Source: Kondoa subrosea (Eukaryota). From it: 64,000 bases of DNA. The notes below the pieces were generated by a model. That model was given only the letters and a program-made list of their open reading frames with translations. It was not told the origin of the DNA and ran no database searches. Both the position numbers and the translations under genes were made by a program. The stretch covers positions 186,001 through 250,000 of the forward strand of contig BCIN01000008.1 in NCBI GenBank assembly GCA_039545335.1, in the 5' to 3' direction. How positions within the stretch are numbered: position 1 is the first letter of the stretch; the number at the start of each line of letters is the position of its first letter. Below are positions 24,895 to 38,344 of the stretch, piece after piece.

Positions 24895-27800
24895 TTAGCT
24901 GCTTCTACTGATACGTAAAGCATTGTCGACCAGTTGGACCTGAGCGGTGTTGCCCGGGGAGATATCTCCCTTGATCATTAGATTGGCGAGCGGACTTCTG
25001 ATTGACGTGCTGATCAATCGATTGAGAGCTCTAGCCCCATACTGTGAGCTGTAGCCATGTTTGGCCAAATATGCACGAGCTGGTACATCGATGCCCAGTT
25101 CAATTCGCCTCTCCGCCAAAGCTGGTCTCACGATTAGCGCATTCGAGAGACGTTACGATAGCCGCGCACTTTTGCGGACTTCTTCAAGCCTGAGATCTAC
25201 CAGCTCAAGCATCGACTCTTGCGATATGCGATTGAAGACAATCTAGGCACAGAGTGTTCAAGATATAGTCCGAACAGCAGGTGAAGCCACTTACTTGACT
25301 GTCTAACCTATTCAGCAGTTCCGGAGGATATGATTGCTCCTGCATCCGATTTCAGTTGGCCGTCGGGCCGACGATGACTAGACACATACAACAATGTCCA
25401 GAACTGCCCGCGAAGCTTCTTCCGTCACATGGCCATCCGGCGCACTACTTGACGGATCTGACAGTATATGTGCGCCTAGATTACTCGTTAGAATGACTAC
25501 GAACATGAATCAGCCTAAGGAAGGTGAGTATGATTGGCCCTTACTGATAGTATTTGCAAAATTGCATAGTCGCCCTTGAGCGTCGACCAATTTGCCTTCG
25601 TCAAGTATTTGAAGCAGAATATTAGCAACATCGCGATGTGCTTTCTCAAACTCGTCGAAGAGTAGAACAGCATACGGAGCCCTTCCGTGAAAACAGTCGG
25701 TAATAGAGATAGATGACGGGCCAAACTGACCTTCGAACAGCCTCTACTAATTGTCCACCAGCGTCTGAGCCAACTGAAGGTGAAACAATTCAACATCAAG
25801 CGCGATTAAGATGTGAAAATGCTTACTGTACCCAGGCGGAGCTCCGATCAACCTGGCTACACTCTACAGCAAGAAGACACGAGTCAGAGTAAGATTGTCA
25901 TCGCCGTCTGCAAAGGCTCACGTGTTTTTCCATGAATTCGCTCATATTAATCGTGATCAATGCGCGCTCAGTGTCGAAAAGGAAGCGAGCAAGTGTTTTG
26001 GCCAATTCGGTTTTGCCGCATCCCGTTGGCCCAAGAAAGAGAAATGATGCTAATGGACGACCAGGTGTGTTCAGACCGGCTCGAGACATGCGAACTGCTT
26101 CCGATACAGCCGATACAGCTGTGTCCTGGGATATTATGAGCGCAAGATAATACGAGTCGGACGTCACGTACTTGGCCGACTACGCGATAGCTCAGCTCTT
26201 CTTCCATGTTCATCAGACGTTCAATATCTCCTTTGAGCAGTGATCGAACTGGTATTCCGGTACTCTTTCCGATAACTCGAGCAATATCATCGACCGAAAC
26301 TCGATCACGCAGAACAAAAGCATCTTCGTCTTTCTCAGCGGCTTCAATTCTCAGTTGTTGCTGTGCAGCTGCTTCTTCTTCCGTTGGAATACTCTGTTTC
26401 AATTTAGGAATTTCCGAATATTGAAGCCTTGAAGCCTTTGTAAAATCGCCTTCTCTTTGAGCTTGAGCTAATTGTTTTTGAAGCGATTCCAATTGCATTT
26501 TAGCATTCTTGACAAATTGTACTCTTGTTTTCTCAGCTTGCCAAATTTCAGTCAAGCGTTCAGCTTTCTTTCCTTCCTCAGCCAATTCCAATTCAATCAT
26601 TTCTTTCCTTTCATTGGAAATAGCATCGGTATCTTTTCGTAAAGATTCCAACTCGATTTGTAACTTGATCATGTCTCTTTCTATCGCTTCAAGAGATTCA
26701 GGTTTGGATCTGCGGTTTGAAAGATTAACACTCCCTTATACCGAACGGGAATAAGGCTCACTCTTGTTGCATAGCTAAAGCAGCTGAAGCTTCATCCATA
26801 CAATCAATAGCTGAATCAGGTAACATTCGATCGGTCATATATCTCTTGCTCATTGTAACAGCAGCAACTATAGCGCTATCGGAGATTGTCACGCCATGAT
26901 GAGTTTCATAACGAGATCGTAAACCACGAAGCATGGTAATTGCTTCTTCTTGTGAAGGTTCATTGACGGTTACAGGTTCTATTAATCCCCATTTTAGCGG
27001 AGTTTCAGGAGATGTTGAAATGCAATAGGACATACGAAATCGACGTGATAGAGCGGCATCCTTTTCAATTGTCGTCCGATATTCATCGAATGTAGTTGCA
27101 CCAATAATCTTGAGTCCTCGAGCAAGAGCAGGTTTGACTGTAGCAGAAAGAGTAAGCACAAGAGCAACTCGAGCTTGCTACTGCAGAAGATTTGACTGAC
27201 GTATATTTCCACCACTTATGCTTCCTTCTGCTTTGCCCAAGTTCAACAACCCATGTAATTCATCGATGAAGCAGATTACGTTCGGGTCGTCTTGGATGTC
27301 CTTTATAAGACTGTAAAACAAAGGTTCTTTGAGCATGTAAACGAATGAAGTGAGACAGAGTGCACTTACGCTTGGAGTTTTTCTTCGAATGATCCTCTGA
27401 TCCCAGTGCCACTGACAATACTCGAAAGGTCTACAGCCAACACTCTTTTCCCTAATAGACTTTCAGGCACATCCCGATTCACTATGCGATTGGCAAGTCC
27501 TTCGACTATAGCTGTTTTACCCACACCTGCGTTTCCTAAAAGAACAGGGTTGGATTTCGTTCTTCTGCTCAAGATTTGAATGAGTCGTTTGATTTCTTCA
27601 TCCCTTCCAATAACGTTATCCAATTTAGATTCTTTTGCTAAGGCTGTAAGATCTGTAGAATGGGCTGCTAAAGTTTCACCAGGTTCTTCTGTTTGCTTTC
27701 ATATATAAGCTATTCAATGATTGGTAATTGTGAGATACTTACTTGGTTTTTGGTTGAAGATATTGGCGAAAGGGATTCCACCGCCTCCGCCTGAACCAGG

Positions 27801-27950
27801 AGGACCAAAAGGAGGTTGGTTAGGTGGTCGAGCGAATAGTGGAAGGGAAGTATGCAAAGACGATCGGAGTAGTAGAGAAACATTTGCTGTTTTACAAGCA
27901 ATCCGAGAATGGCAAAGACGAAGAGAACGATTGGACAGTCGTAGAGCCAT
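24895..27950 (-). CDS. HSP78: Mitochondrial ClpB-family disaggregase Hsp78
   Basis: Arg/Ser/Leu-rich presequence ([16 protein letters not shown]) and no ClpB N-domain. NBD1 [21 protein letters not shown], middle coiled coil, NBD2 [16 protein letters not shown], and C-terminal [10 protein letters not shown]. Confidence 0.95.
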
Positions 27951-28012
27951 GGTAGTGTAAGCAGTACACCATTAACTACTTATCTCAGATTATAATCCGC
28001 GAACTGGGAGAG

Positions 28013-28032
28013 GCAAATTTCTAGACGATTCT
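28013..28032. promoter_or_regulatory. Possible imperfect heat-shock element upstream of HSP78
   Basis: gCAAa-tTTCt-aGACg-aTTCt in 5-bp register, 60-80 bp upstream of the HSP78 ATG; two perfect nTTCn units and two mismatched nGAAn units. Confidence 0.35.
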
Positions 28033-28318
28033 CGGGTATTACACAGTGAAACGGGGTATCAACAGCACACGATGCGTCTAGTACCTCTGCTGTTATATGC
28101 TTGCATCGGTCAAGACCGACTCAGATCAAGTGTGCAAGGCAAACAATGAATTTGAGCAAGTTGTACTCGAACCATCTACATCTAAGAGCTATCCTATAGA
28201 GCTCTCTCCCATAGGTACGCTACATACTGTCGGCCTTGCCAGTGACTATGCGCCTGACTTGTCTTGCTGTGACAGCATATAACCGAAAAACAACAAACAC
28301 TTAATAAATCTCTGTAAA

Positions 28319-29091
28319 ATGGGAGGCAAAGGCAAAGGCGCTGGTGGAGGAAAGGGAAAAGCACCTCCTGGTGAAGCTGGAAGAGTTCAGTCAACTCGTT
28401 CTGCCAAAGCTGGTCTTCAAGTCAGTTTCATCAAAAACAACAATAATGCCAATGGCTGGTATGGACAGGCCGCTGATTGCAAAATGCCGTGTAACAGTTC
28501 CCTGTCGGTCGTATTCATCGTTATCTGAAGGCTCGCACCCAAAATCAAATGCGTATTGGTGCCAAAGCTGCCGTCTACTGTACAGCTATCTTGGAATACC
28601 TTACAGCAGAAGTATTGGAATTAGCAGGTCAGTCGGAACCCTGAGGTTGCTTGTCAGCAAGCTGATTCCGTGGGGTACAACTGACAGGCAACGCTTCTAA
28701 GGATCTTCGTGTCAAGCGTATCACTCCAAGACATTTGCAGCTCGCCATTCGAGGTGATGAAGAATTGGATTCCCTCATTCGCGCTACTATCGCAGGAGGA
28801 GGTGTCTTGCCGCATGTGCGTATAGCCTTTCAATTGCTGGCTAGCATTATCTGAAGCCCTTTGTTATTTCGTACAGATTCATCGATCCCTCATCAAGGAT
28901 CCTAATGCACCTCAGACTGTTCCTGTCAAACCAGCGCAACCAAAGAAAGCTCGTAAGTTTTTTTGCAATGTTCTCAATTTGAGTATCTTGCTAGATATGA
29001 CCTCACAGCCGCCGCCGCTGCTCCTCCTCAACAAGGTGAAGAAGAAGAAGAACCAGCAATGGATGACCAAGATCAAGAAGATGAAGAGTAG
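28319..29091 (+). CDS. HTZ1: Histone variant H2A.Z with an extended acidic C-terminal tail
   Basis: Spliced product [88 protein letters not shown] carries the H2A.Z-diagnostic [16 protein letters not shown]. The last exon is 29009-29091. Confidence 0.95.
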
Positions 29092-29332
29092 ATTATCTCA
29101 ACTGCTGGCTATACATCGAATATTGTATCTGTTTTATTGGCTCCTTTTCGAAATCAGTCTCTTGTACAAGCGGGATGCAGTGAAGCAGAGGGTTTCTAGA
29201 GTGCTTGTGCTGTTATTGTATTGCTTCCTCTATTTAAATCTATTTTCTACAATGTAATACGTTTACACCTTAATCAACAATATTTACAACTGTGCTTCTT
29301 TTGCTCTTTTCTTCATCTCGTAGATGCCGGTC

Positions 29333-32169
29333 CTAGTCTTCTCCAATCAATGCATCTGCATCTTCCTTCACTTCCAATGTCTCGTTCTGAGGTTGTTTCT
29401 TTGCAGCATGATTACTTTCTTGATTATTTGCATTCGCAAAGAACCAACTCTTGCTTTTCCAGGACGTCCAAATCTCAGCAGCTCTTCTAATCCAACCTTC
29501 TCTTTCCAAACTCTTTTTCAAACTTTCAATCTCTTTAGCATATTCTTCCTTTTTCAGTTTCATAACCAAACTAGCATCTTGCATAGCTTTCACTTGATCT
29601 TGCAAAGCATTCAAATTGTAATTGATTCCCACTTGTCTGGATAATCGACCTTCTTCAAACAATTCTTGACTAACTGAATCTTTCATTTGGTTTAAAAGTG
29701 GATCGGAAGTGAGTCTGTATTTCGTTAATTGATTTTTACGTTCGGCTATAGGATTAGTGATTCGCTCCAAAGCGGTAGAGTAGGAAGTATCGATTGATTG
29801 TAGAGCAGAAACAAAAGTTTGTAACCGGTTTCGACGATTTAAGAGGGATAGATAAAGTGAAACGAGAGCTACATCCGATTGAAGTTGTTTTCTGCAGAAC
29901 GTGAACTGGCATCAGCCTAGGGTTCTTCGCGTACGTGGAGAACTTGAGCATACTTTGTATCAAGAAAATGTACATCGGTAGTATCCAAAGAAGCGAAACT
30001 ATGTCTTCTCCTTTTGTGGTCGGCTTGTCTAGCATGCAAAAAGACATCCTTATCTTCTTTCGTTTCTTGATTTTGTCCGGCATCAGACACTTCACTTTCG
30101 TCCGATTTCACTAATCCCATGTATTCGGTTATGTTCCTTCGACGCAGATTAGGTCTGGGTCGAGGTACAGGTGGGCCAGTGAGAGCCAGATCGTCCAATT
30201 GAGTGAGCTGATCATCGGTGGGTTTGTATTGAGACAGATCTTCCAGTCCCGTTGAGCTGTGTGTTCTGACCATCGCCAAGCTGAGATCCATTCGAGATGA
30301 GAGGGTGTACGAATTGCGAGATCTGTGTCGAATTGTTCATGAAGGTTTCTCTGGTAATGACAAAAGCTTACATTGGTTGCGGACGGCCATAGCCATCGTC
30401 TGAATCACCCATCATACTATTCCGATGTGACATAGTGCCGCTTCTTTCAAGCAAACTGAAGATATAGCGTTAGTATAGCTGCGAGATTCTTTCGATACTG
30501 TAATTTCTCACCCAGTCATACCGCCACCTATCCTCCGGCCAGCTGTACCAACTTTGTCTTTGACATCTCGAATGAAGTACCTCTTCTTGACCTGATTATC
30601 CGCTTCTGTGTCCGAAGTATCGTCTCCACCACCTTCTCTCATGTCACCTACACCAAGTAACCATCTATAGGTTCTACGTTTCTTTTTCGTTCGCTTGCTA
30701 CCCAACCAGAGTAACTGAATCTCATCCACTTCAGCAGCATAACCATTCTTGATGGCTTGAACGAAAGAATGTAAATGAGTGTATTCTTGATCTTTAGCTG
30801 CCTCGTTATTTGACGTAGCAGCAGCTAAAGTAGATAGATCTTCCAGCTTAGATTTCAAAGCTCTTTTGACTCGGAAAGTATCTGAAGAGATTTTGTGCTT
30901 GTAGGTATGTCGGATATGATTGATGCCTTGCACGTCCATAAACATGTCAGACTGGTATTTGGAATGTCGAGCATGAAGCGGAGAACGTAGTTTATGGTAT
31001 GTTTGCAAGAATCGTCTGCGCTGTAGAAACGGATCTCGGGTAACATGATAATTCGCCAGAGTTTCCATTCGCACCCGGGTACCGTACACTATGGTGAGTA
31101 GACCACAGAGAACAGATGGTGATAGTCGTGAGTCGCCTCGATCATCTGACAGCTTAAGAAGAGGTCGTCCATACTCATTTACCCAGGTCGATAGCGCTGT
31201 ATCAGTATAGTCGCAGACTAGAGTAAGGTCAGCATTTTGCGATTATTGTCGCTGCCATACGTACACAAACCGTCAGGACCTGCTATGCCTTCTTCGCGCA
31301 GTGTAGCTCTTGTACTGGTACTCGTCACGAGAGAATCGCTCGCCATTTCTCTTGCTAATTCAGAAGCAAAAGGTCCCAGTCCAAATAGCGAAAGGGCTTC
31401 TTGAACCAACGCGACAAGACCAAGCACAGCGCTAGCGAAATCTGCTGTTGATTTGGTAGAGTGCAAAGCGTACATGGATAAGAACCGATCTTGTTGCGCC
31501 GAAGTAGGATCGCTCAGCGTCAAACCGCTTCGGCCACCACAGCCTAATCTGCGCAAGTCGATGTTCAGATATAATTGTGCTAAAGTTGGCCGAACCAGAG
31601 CTGCTGGATTTGACATCTTGACCCAGTTCAGATCAGGCGAGAATTCAGCGAAGACGAAGAGTTGGCCATGAGGTGTCTGGAAGTCATGCAATGAGCATAG
31701 TTCAAGTAATGAAACAGAGCTTACTGACATTCCTGGGCTCTGCACCATCTTCGCCGAGGACAGCACAAGCTTCTTCCCAGTTCCGCTTGCCTGCAGCGTC
31801 TCGCATATCCGGCGAGAAGACGTCAACAAGTATCTCATTTGCACAGATCAGGTGGAATTGTAGGGCATTGTACTGAGCACTCACTACATCTTGCGAATTG
31901 CCTGTATATAGGACCATAGCAGGTACAGGCTTGCGGGCCACAACCCATTGTTCGACCGCATACAGCTCATAACCTTCCAGTGCTTCGCATTTGCTATCTA
32001 ACGAAAGGCCTTCGAAGCTGACAGGCGGGTCATGAGACGGCACAGCCAATTTGAAGTGATTGGCGCCGGGTCGAGCACTTGTTCTTGAAGCTGCTGGAGG
32101 AGATTTGGTGTCAACCAACGCGGATACAAGCTCTTCGCCTAGCACTTGCTTTGCTAGAAAGGTAGTCAT
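29333..32169 (-). CDS. Stb2/Stb6-like (Sin3-binding protein family) protein
   Basis: LEGYELYAVEQW..LYTG, FQTPHGQLFV, NIDLRRLGCGGRSGLTLSDPTSAQQDRFLSMY and LVALVQEALSLFG motifs of the STB6 N-terminal domain, plus a C-terminal coiled coil. Start codon uncertain. Confidence 0.8.
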
Positions 32170-32308
32170 GGAACTAAATGGGTATGATTAGCTGGTATCA
32201 TCAGACTGGTCATCTGGTCATCGTTTTGGGTCAAGACTATCATGTCATAGAAACATTGCTCGCACGAGACCTTCGGATGACTTTGGTTGCAAGATAATGT
32301 TTTCACAA

Positions 32309-33476
32309 TCACGAGCTCTGAGCCGCAATATGCTCTGCCTGATCTTTCTGAACCTTCTTGATCGCTACAGTTCAACCAGGATTTAGCGAAATGTAATCAC
32401 CACACCGCTTGGACTCACAAGGCAGATTCTTGAGCTTCAGATGCCACTGGGCGACATTGGGGAACTCTTTAGCAAAGTCGAAATTGAGTGCTTCAACACC
32501 TTCGACTTCCTTCATCACGCCCTAGACAATCTTGTTAGAAAGTATTCGAAGCATTTGATCGGAAACTCACAAGCTCAGCAACTGCGAAGTCGTTCCAGGC
32601 GAAGAAGCTGTGACAGCGTCAGCATGGGCAGCATAAGCTCAAGGGGAAGCTTACGCGATGTCTGCAATCGTATACCTGCCCCCAACAAGCCAGTCTTTCC
32701 CCGTCAAAGCAGTCTCAAGCACACCGAGCACTCTTCTCATTTCAACTCTGTATCTCTGTATAGCTGAAGGCAAAGTCTCGGAATGATACTACAGCGGTGA
32801 AAGAATAAGATGAGCAAAAAGAGAATAATGGTCTGGGACTTGCTCTAGTGAACCAAGCTCCTGTCGGTCTGGTCGTCAGCGACGTATCAGAGTATGTTAT
32901 TAGCGGTTTGACCTTGACCGAAGCTGTAACAAACATTTAGCCAATAGTACAAATTGCATAAACAAGAACCCTACTATGGACCATGACCTGATATTTGAAA
33001 AGAGATCCAAGAAGCGATCTGCCATTTTTCTTCCTCGTTCTTTGCAGAGATTCGATGTTCAGGATCATACTTCTCTGTCAAATAAGCCAGAACTGTATAA
33101 GCAGAATCAATCATAATCCCAGTCTTCACAAATGGACTAAGAGACATACTAGCTCCTGATTCCCAAACTGACACTTCCCCATCAACAATCGTAGGGATTC
33201 TGCCATTCGGATTGTACTTCAAATGCTCTGAACTCTTCTGCTCGTTGTTCTCAAATTTCAGGTATTTTGGTTCATAAGGCAGATTCAATTCTTCCAAAAC
33301 GGCAGCGACTTTCCAACCGTTTGCTATCAATGCGAGTAAGGTTTAGAATAGATTGGCTGCTCAGATCCCGCCCAGCTTACGTCCTGTTGCATGAGCTGTT
33401 CCTCTGGTTAGATCCGCTTCCTGAACGAAGGGGTAGTGAACCGACTGAAAAGCTTGATGGGCGCTTTGGCTGCCAT
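32309..33476 (-). CDS. Glutathione S-transferase (Ure2/Gst1-like class)
   Basis: Spliced product MAAKAPIKLFTHATGPNGWKVAAVLEEL..NPNGRIPTIVD..VWESGA..WISFQISGHGPYFGQGAWFTRYHSETLPSAIQRY..RRVLGVLE..WLVGGRYTIADIAFFAW..EFPNVAQWH; about 10 exons. Confidence 0.92.
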
Positions 33477-33865
33477 GTTTGTAGTATTGAATGGTGGGAT
33501 TTCAAGGGAAAAGGATGAGTTTCGGATGGCTCCTTCAACAGGTAGAACAATTAAAGCGAAATGAAAACAAAAATCGATAGGCGCGTATGGAAAGAGAGCA
33601 TTTGGCAGAGGCACCACACAAGCAGAATATACATGAGCACCGCGTAGCCAGCTGTAGCTTGAAACATTTGCTGCTAGATTCTTTCATTTGGCAGAATGCA
33701 GCATCATGAGGGTTGTCAAATTCAGGCCTAAGAGGCAGTCTATAGCTTTGGAGACACGTGCACGACTCGCAGCACATAGTGCACCGCGCTCAAGTCTCGG
33801 TCGCTGTTGTTGAAGGACAATATTATTCTCGTTTCGACACATCCATGTATACCCCGTAGCAGGAC

Positions 33866-36800
33866 ATGTCTGCGCCTGAAAGAAGAGTGCCAGTGACTTA
33901 CGAAACTATACCAAGCGAGCTATGGCCAAAAGTTTCGCCAGATCTCCTCGCTCAGCTGCCATTACGGAACTTGCACTGGAAGCCTGCTCTGCGACCATTA
34001 AGAACTATACAAAGTCTGAGTTTGGATTTGAAAGCCTACAGAGCTGTTCCAGATGATGTGAACACGCCCAAAACAACCAATATTCTCGAGCGACCGTACT
34101 TGCATTTGCTCTTTGTATCTTGTGAAGTACATCTTCTTGCGATTCTCTGCTTCTCCTACCATTGTTAAAATGTCATTCTCCTAGGATCAGGAGCAATACC
34201 GTTCAGTTCTAAGGCAGCAAGTACGTCAATGGCTCGATTCTGTTGGCACCAAGAAGAATCAAGAATGGCTCATCATACATGTAACGACTGGGAAAAGTGG
34301 TCAAGCTGCAAAGTTTTACCAGCGTAAAGGTTCTCTGCTGGATAAGATCAAGGCGGATTTCAATGTAGGCAAACGAGATAGGTACCTTGACGTCCTTTAA
34401 GACATCACGAATGCATCTGATCATGCTGCAGATGTATTCAGCTACATCAACAAGGCTTTGCTGAGCCAGAAGACCCTACAAGCTGGGCCGAATTGCTCGC
34501 CAAGATGAAAGAAAGCATCATTAACACCTTTGATTCTAATGTTACTGTCTACGAAGAAGAGACTCGGAAGTTGGACAGTCAAAGAACATTACCTGGATGG
34601 AACTTCTGCACATTTTTCATCCAGAAAGTAAGCTAATTTATACAATTACTGTAACAAGCCTGATGCATAACAGGAAGGTTTAGCATTATCCTTTGAAGCT
34701 ATGAACTTGGTAGAGGATGCCCTGATCCAATATGACGAGCTTGAAGCTTCCTTCTTTCAGGCTTTGAAAGGTTAGCCTTACGTAAAATAAGATACGTGGA
34801 ATGCTGATAGTAAAATTAGAGAACAAGCTAGCGTGGTTTGGCAACCAGAGTGGTGCTTCAGCAGGCGACGATTCGATGTCTCTCTTCTCCACTACCCAAA
34901 AACCTTACCGCGATTACATTAAAAGCAATACTATTTCCTTCTTCGATTTCCGCTGCTATGTCTTCGCAAGACAAGCATCGCTGCTGATCAAATCTCGTCG
35001 TATATCAGACTTATGCAAGCGAGGCAAAGAATTTATCGGCAGTATGGCGTTGCTACTGAAAGAACAACAGGTGAGTGTTCCGGGAACGAAATTCGTGAGA
35101 ATTTGATTGAAGTTTGATCAAATAACTACAGCCTGAGAACTCGCTGGTCAAGCAAAGCTGGGTTTATTCAGCCTGTATTGAGCTCATAGACACATGCGAC
35201 TCGGAAATTGGGAACCATCTACCACCGACAGGGTTCAAAGCCTTGCAGGCTGAAACACTTGATCTAGCACGCAAACAACTCGAACAGATCGGAGTGGCGT
35301 CTGGACATCTACCTGGCTCCTTTCCTTTCTCTTTCTCGCTCACAGAGGACTCTGTTATGGGATCTGTCGCTGGATCAGAAAAGGCTGCACCGGCTGCTCA
35401 TATTTCTACATCATCTATTGCAAACATCATTAAAGATGTACACGAATTCGATCGACTGTACATGGACCTACTCAATCGTGCCAAGGTAGCTTACAAAGCC
35501 TGTGGAAGGAATAGAATTGCTCGGCGTCTATCCGGAAATCTGGCAGCTCTAAATCTGTGAGCAGCAAGTGCAGGAATTTAACATTAATAACAATTTCTTG
35601 CGATTTGCTTTATGCACAGGCATCGCGGAAACTACTCAGAAGCGCAACAAGCTTTCGTCACTTTAGCTTCAGCTTACAATGAGCCTGAATGGGCTCCTCT
35701 ATATAGCCAATACCTGCATAAATCGACCAGCATTCAAGCACAACTCGGTATGCATCGTGAACAGCTGCTGGGCACCTTGACATTGCTTCGACTTGGTCTC
35801 AACAATCTTTCTGAAGCCGAAGCGTCCACTCTAGTTCAAGATGTGACTATGCTAGCCAGTCACTTGGACAAAGGTAAGCCCTGTAATGCAATGGCGTCAG
35901 CAACAAGCCTGATTTGTACTAAAGATCTGGCGACTACTTCTTTCCCTGCTTTTAGCTGCGACTTGGCTTGCAAATATACTACTGCTCCCTTGGATTCAGA
36001 TGGCATGTGCGTTAAGGTCAAGATAACGAATCTGCTACCATGCGTGAGCTCAATTGCTATATGGTATCGTGCGTTTCTAACAATCTCAAAAGTCTATGCC
36101 GTACGACGAAATCAGATTGAAGTTTGCCGGAAGTAATTCTACAACTTACTGGTTTACTTCACCGACTGGGACTTTGCAACCTGGGCAGCAAGAGATCGTA
36201 GCTTTCTGTCCCGTATGCGTATTCTCTTGCTCTCATTTGCTCTTATTGACAGTCGAGAGCTAGGGCTATACAACTGGACGTCTGACCCTAGAAATCTCTC
36301 AAATCAAATCATCAAAAATAGTCTTTCAATATAATTATCGTCCAGCTACAGCGCAGCATATTGAACAACCTCTGTCTGTACGAGCTCGTACTGTTATAGC
36401 TACAGTACGGTCAGGTGCCATGAGACTTTCCATAGAGCAGTCCTCGAAAGGTAAGACGAAGGAAAACCGTAATTTTGCTGGAAGGTCTGACTTGAATAAT
36501 TCATATCCAGTCGCGCTCGACCAACAGCGCGAAGCATTACTCACCCTTCATACGAGTCAGCATATTTCGCAAACATTCTCTCTTCGAATCTCCTCGGTCG
36601 ATGGTAAATCCACCTTCGACCTGAAGCAAGCGCGTATTGCAAACGGAACAAGTCAGTCACACAAGCAATAACAATGCTTTCTAATACTGACAGGAGTCGA
36701 CAGGTGGGGTAACGATATCGATCCAGCAAGAAGCCGATCGACTGGTTTTGTCAAATACGCAACCATCGCAAATGCTCCAGATCATTATACCTTTCACTGT

Positions 36801-38320
36801 CCCATCCGATGCGACTAGCATTTCGGTACGTTACTTGTGCAAAAACGGGACATTGTACTCATTGCCACATAGGTCCAAATATATGCTGAATGGCCAAATC
36901 GCAATAGCACGACTCGACCGCATACAGTGAAGAAGCTGTGCGAAATACCCTACATCTTACCGCTATCACTCAACGTGCAGGACATGTTCCGCAAGGACAA
37001 GTGAGCTGAATAATTCTCCTTAGCGAGTATTTTGCTAAAGTACGGAGCAGGATCATTTCCAAATTGACAGTCATACCGAATGCAAGCGTGGCTCTAAGGA
37101 TCAAATCTGCACATTTGACGGACGAGAACAATCTGCTGCGAATCAAGCCTGCCAGATCTCCTGACAGTCCCGGTGTAGTAGGTTCTTCACTCTTAATGAC
37201 CTGGAAACGCGCTAACTCTCATTAGCTTGTTTCGCCTGTGGATCAGGCTTCTTTCCTCTTTATGCTCGAAAAAACTTCCCAAATAGCTGCAAGCGATGCT
37301 CATAGTATGCGATTGAACTTGAAATTCCGTAGTCTAGAAAAGGGTTAGTCTGCGATTTTTTCGATAGGAAATGCTGACGCTGCTTACAGAAGCGATATCC
37401 ATTATTGAAGAACGATTAGAAGAAGCTTTGGACCGACGGAAAGCGCATCATTTGGTGCCGCTTGCGAACTTGCTTGCCGCATCGGTCTTTTCCGCCTTAA
37501 TCAACTCGATCGATCAACCTCATATGCAGAAGGTTTTCTTCCGCTCGTATCATCACGATGACTGGCGCAACGGTCTGCGGAGCATGCTGGGCGATCTTGC
37601 AGAGTTAGACCAGATTGTCCAATGTATTAGCGAAGCTGTTTCTGTAAGCTTCGTCAAATTCAATCCGACCGAATAGCTTACAGTATACTTGATAGGTGCC
37701 TATAAACCTCAAGGACGATCGCAACGATTTATCCTGGCAGGAACTATCTCTACCGGTCGATCCTCCCTCGATACCGGTAAGTCCTCATTGCTCTAGTTAC
37801 GACGTGCTTTCTGAATTTTATGAACAGCTATTACATACTGTTGATCTACAATTCGATACTCAGCATAGGATCCAAATTGGTCAAATAATACCCGCATTAC
37901 TCAGAATAGAAAGCACATGGAATTGGAATCGCTCTTCGACCAAGCCAAAGGAGCAAAAGATGACTTATGATGTACAGTGTGAACTTGGTGATTGGGTTAT
38001 AGTTGGTAAAAAGCGAGGCGATTTCATAATCAAAGTGAGATTCCAACTCCGGCGCGATTTCATTCAGCGGAGCTTATAACCCTGATCAGGAAGGGGAAGC
38101 GGAAGAAGTTGATCTAATCCTGATTGCTCTACGATCAGGGTCACTTCGAGTACCAACTATCACGATTCACCCTTGTGATGCTCAAAATAGTCCAGCAAAC
38201 GAAGTGCATCAAATCAACCGAGCTCAAAAGGTAGAGGTAGTCAAAGAACAGACGAGAACAAGTTTCTGGGTTTCACTCTTACCCTCAAGTACTAATCAGC
38301 CGGCTGTCGAAGCACTGTAA
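33866..38320 (+). CDS. TRS130: TRAPPII-specific subunit Trs130 / TRAPPC10
   Basis: QLPLRNLHWK..RTIQSL..ERPYLHL, LPGWNFCTFFIQK, LVEDALIQYDELEASF, YRDYIKSNTISFFDFRCYVFARQ; C-terminal DWVIVGKKRGDF..LIALRSGSLRVP. Confidence 0.92.
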
Positions 38321-38344
38321 ACGCGATGTTGTGTGGTCATTCCT

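Noticed and set aside
32974..32976. Apparent premature stop after GHGP in the GST ORF
   Set aside because: The TAG spans an exon/intron boundary (TA|GTAGGG); splicing restores the complete protein.
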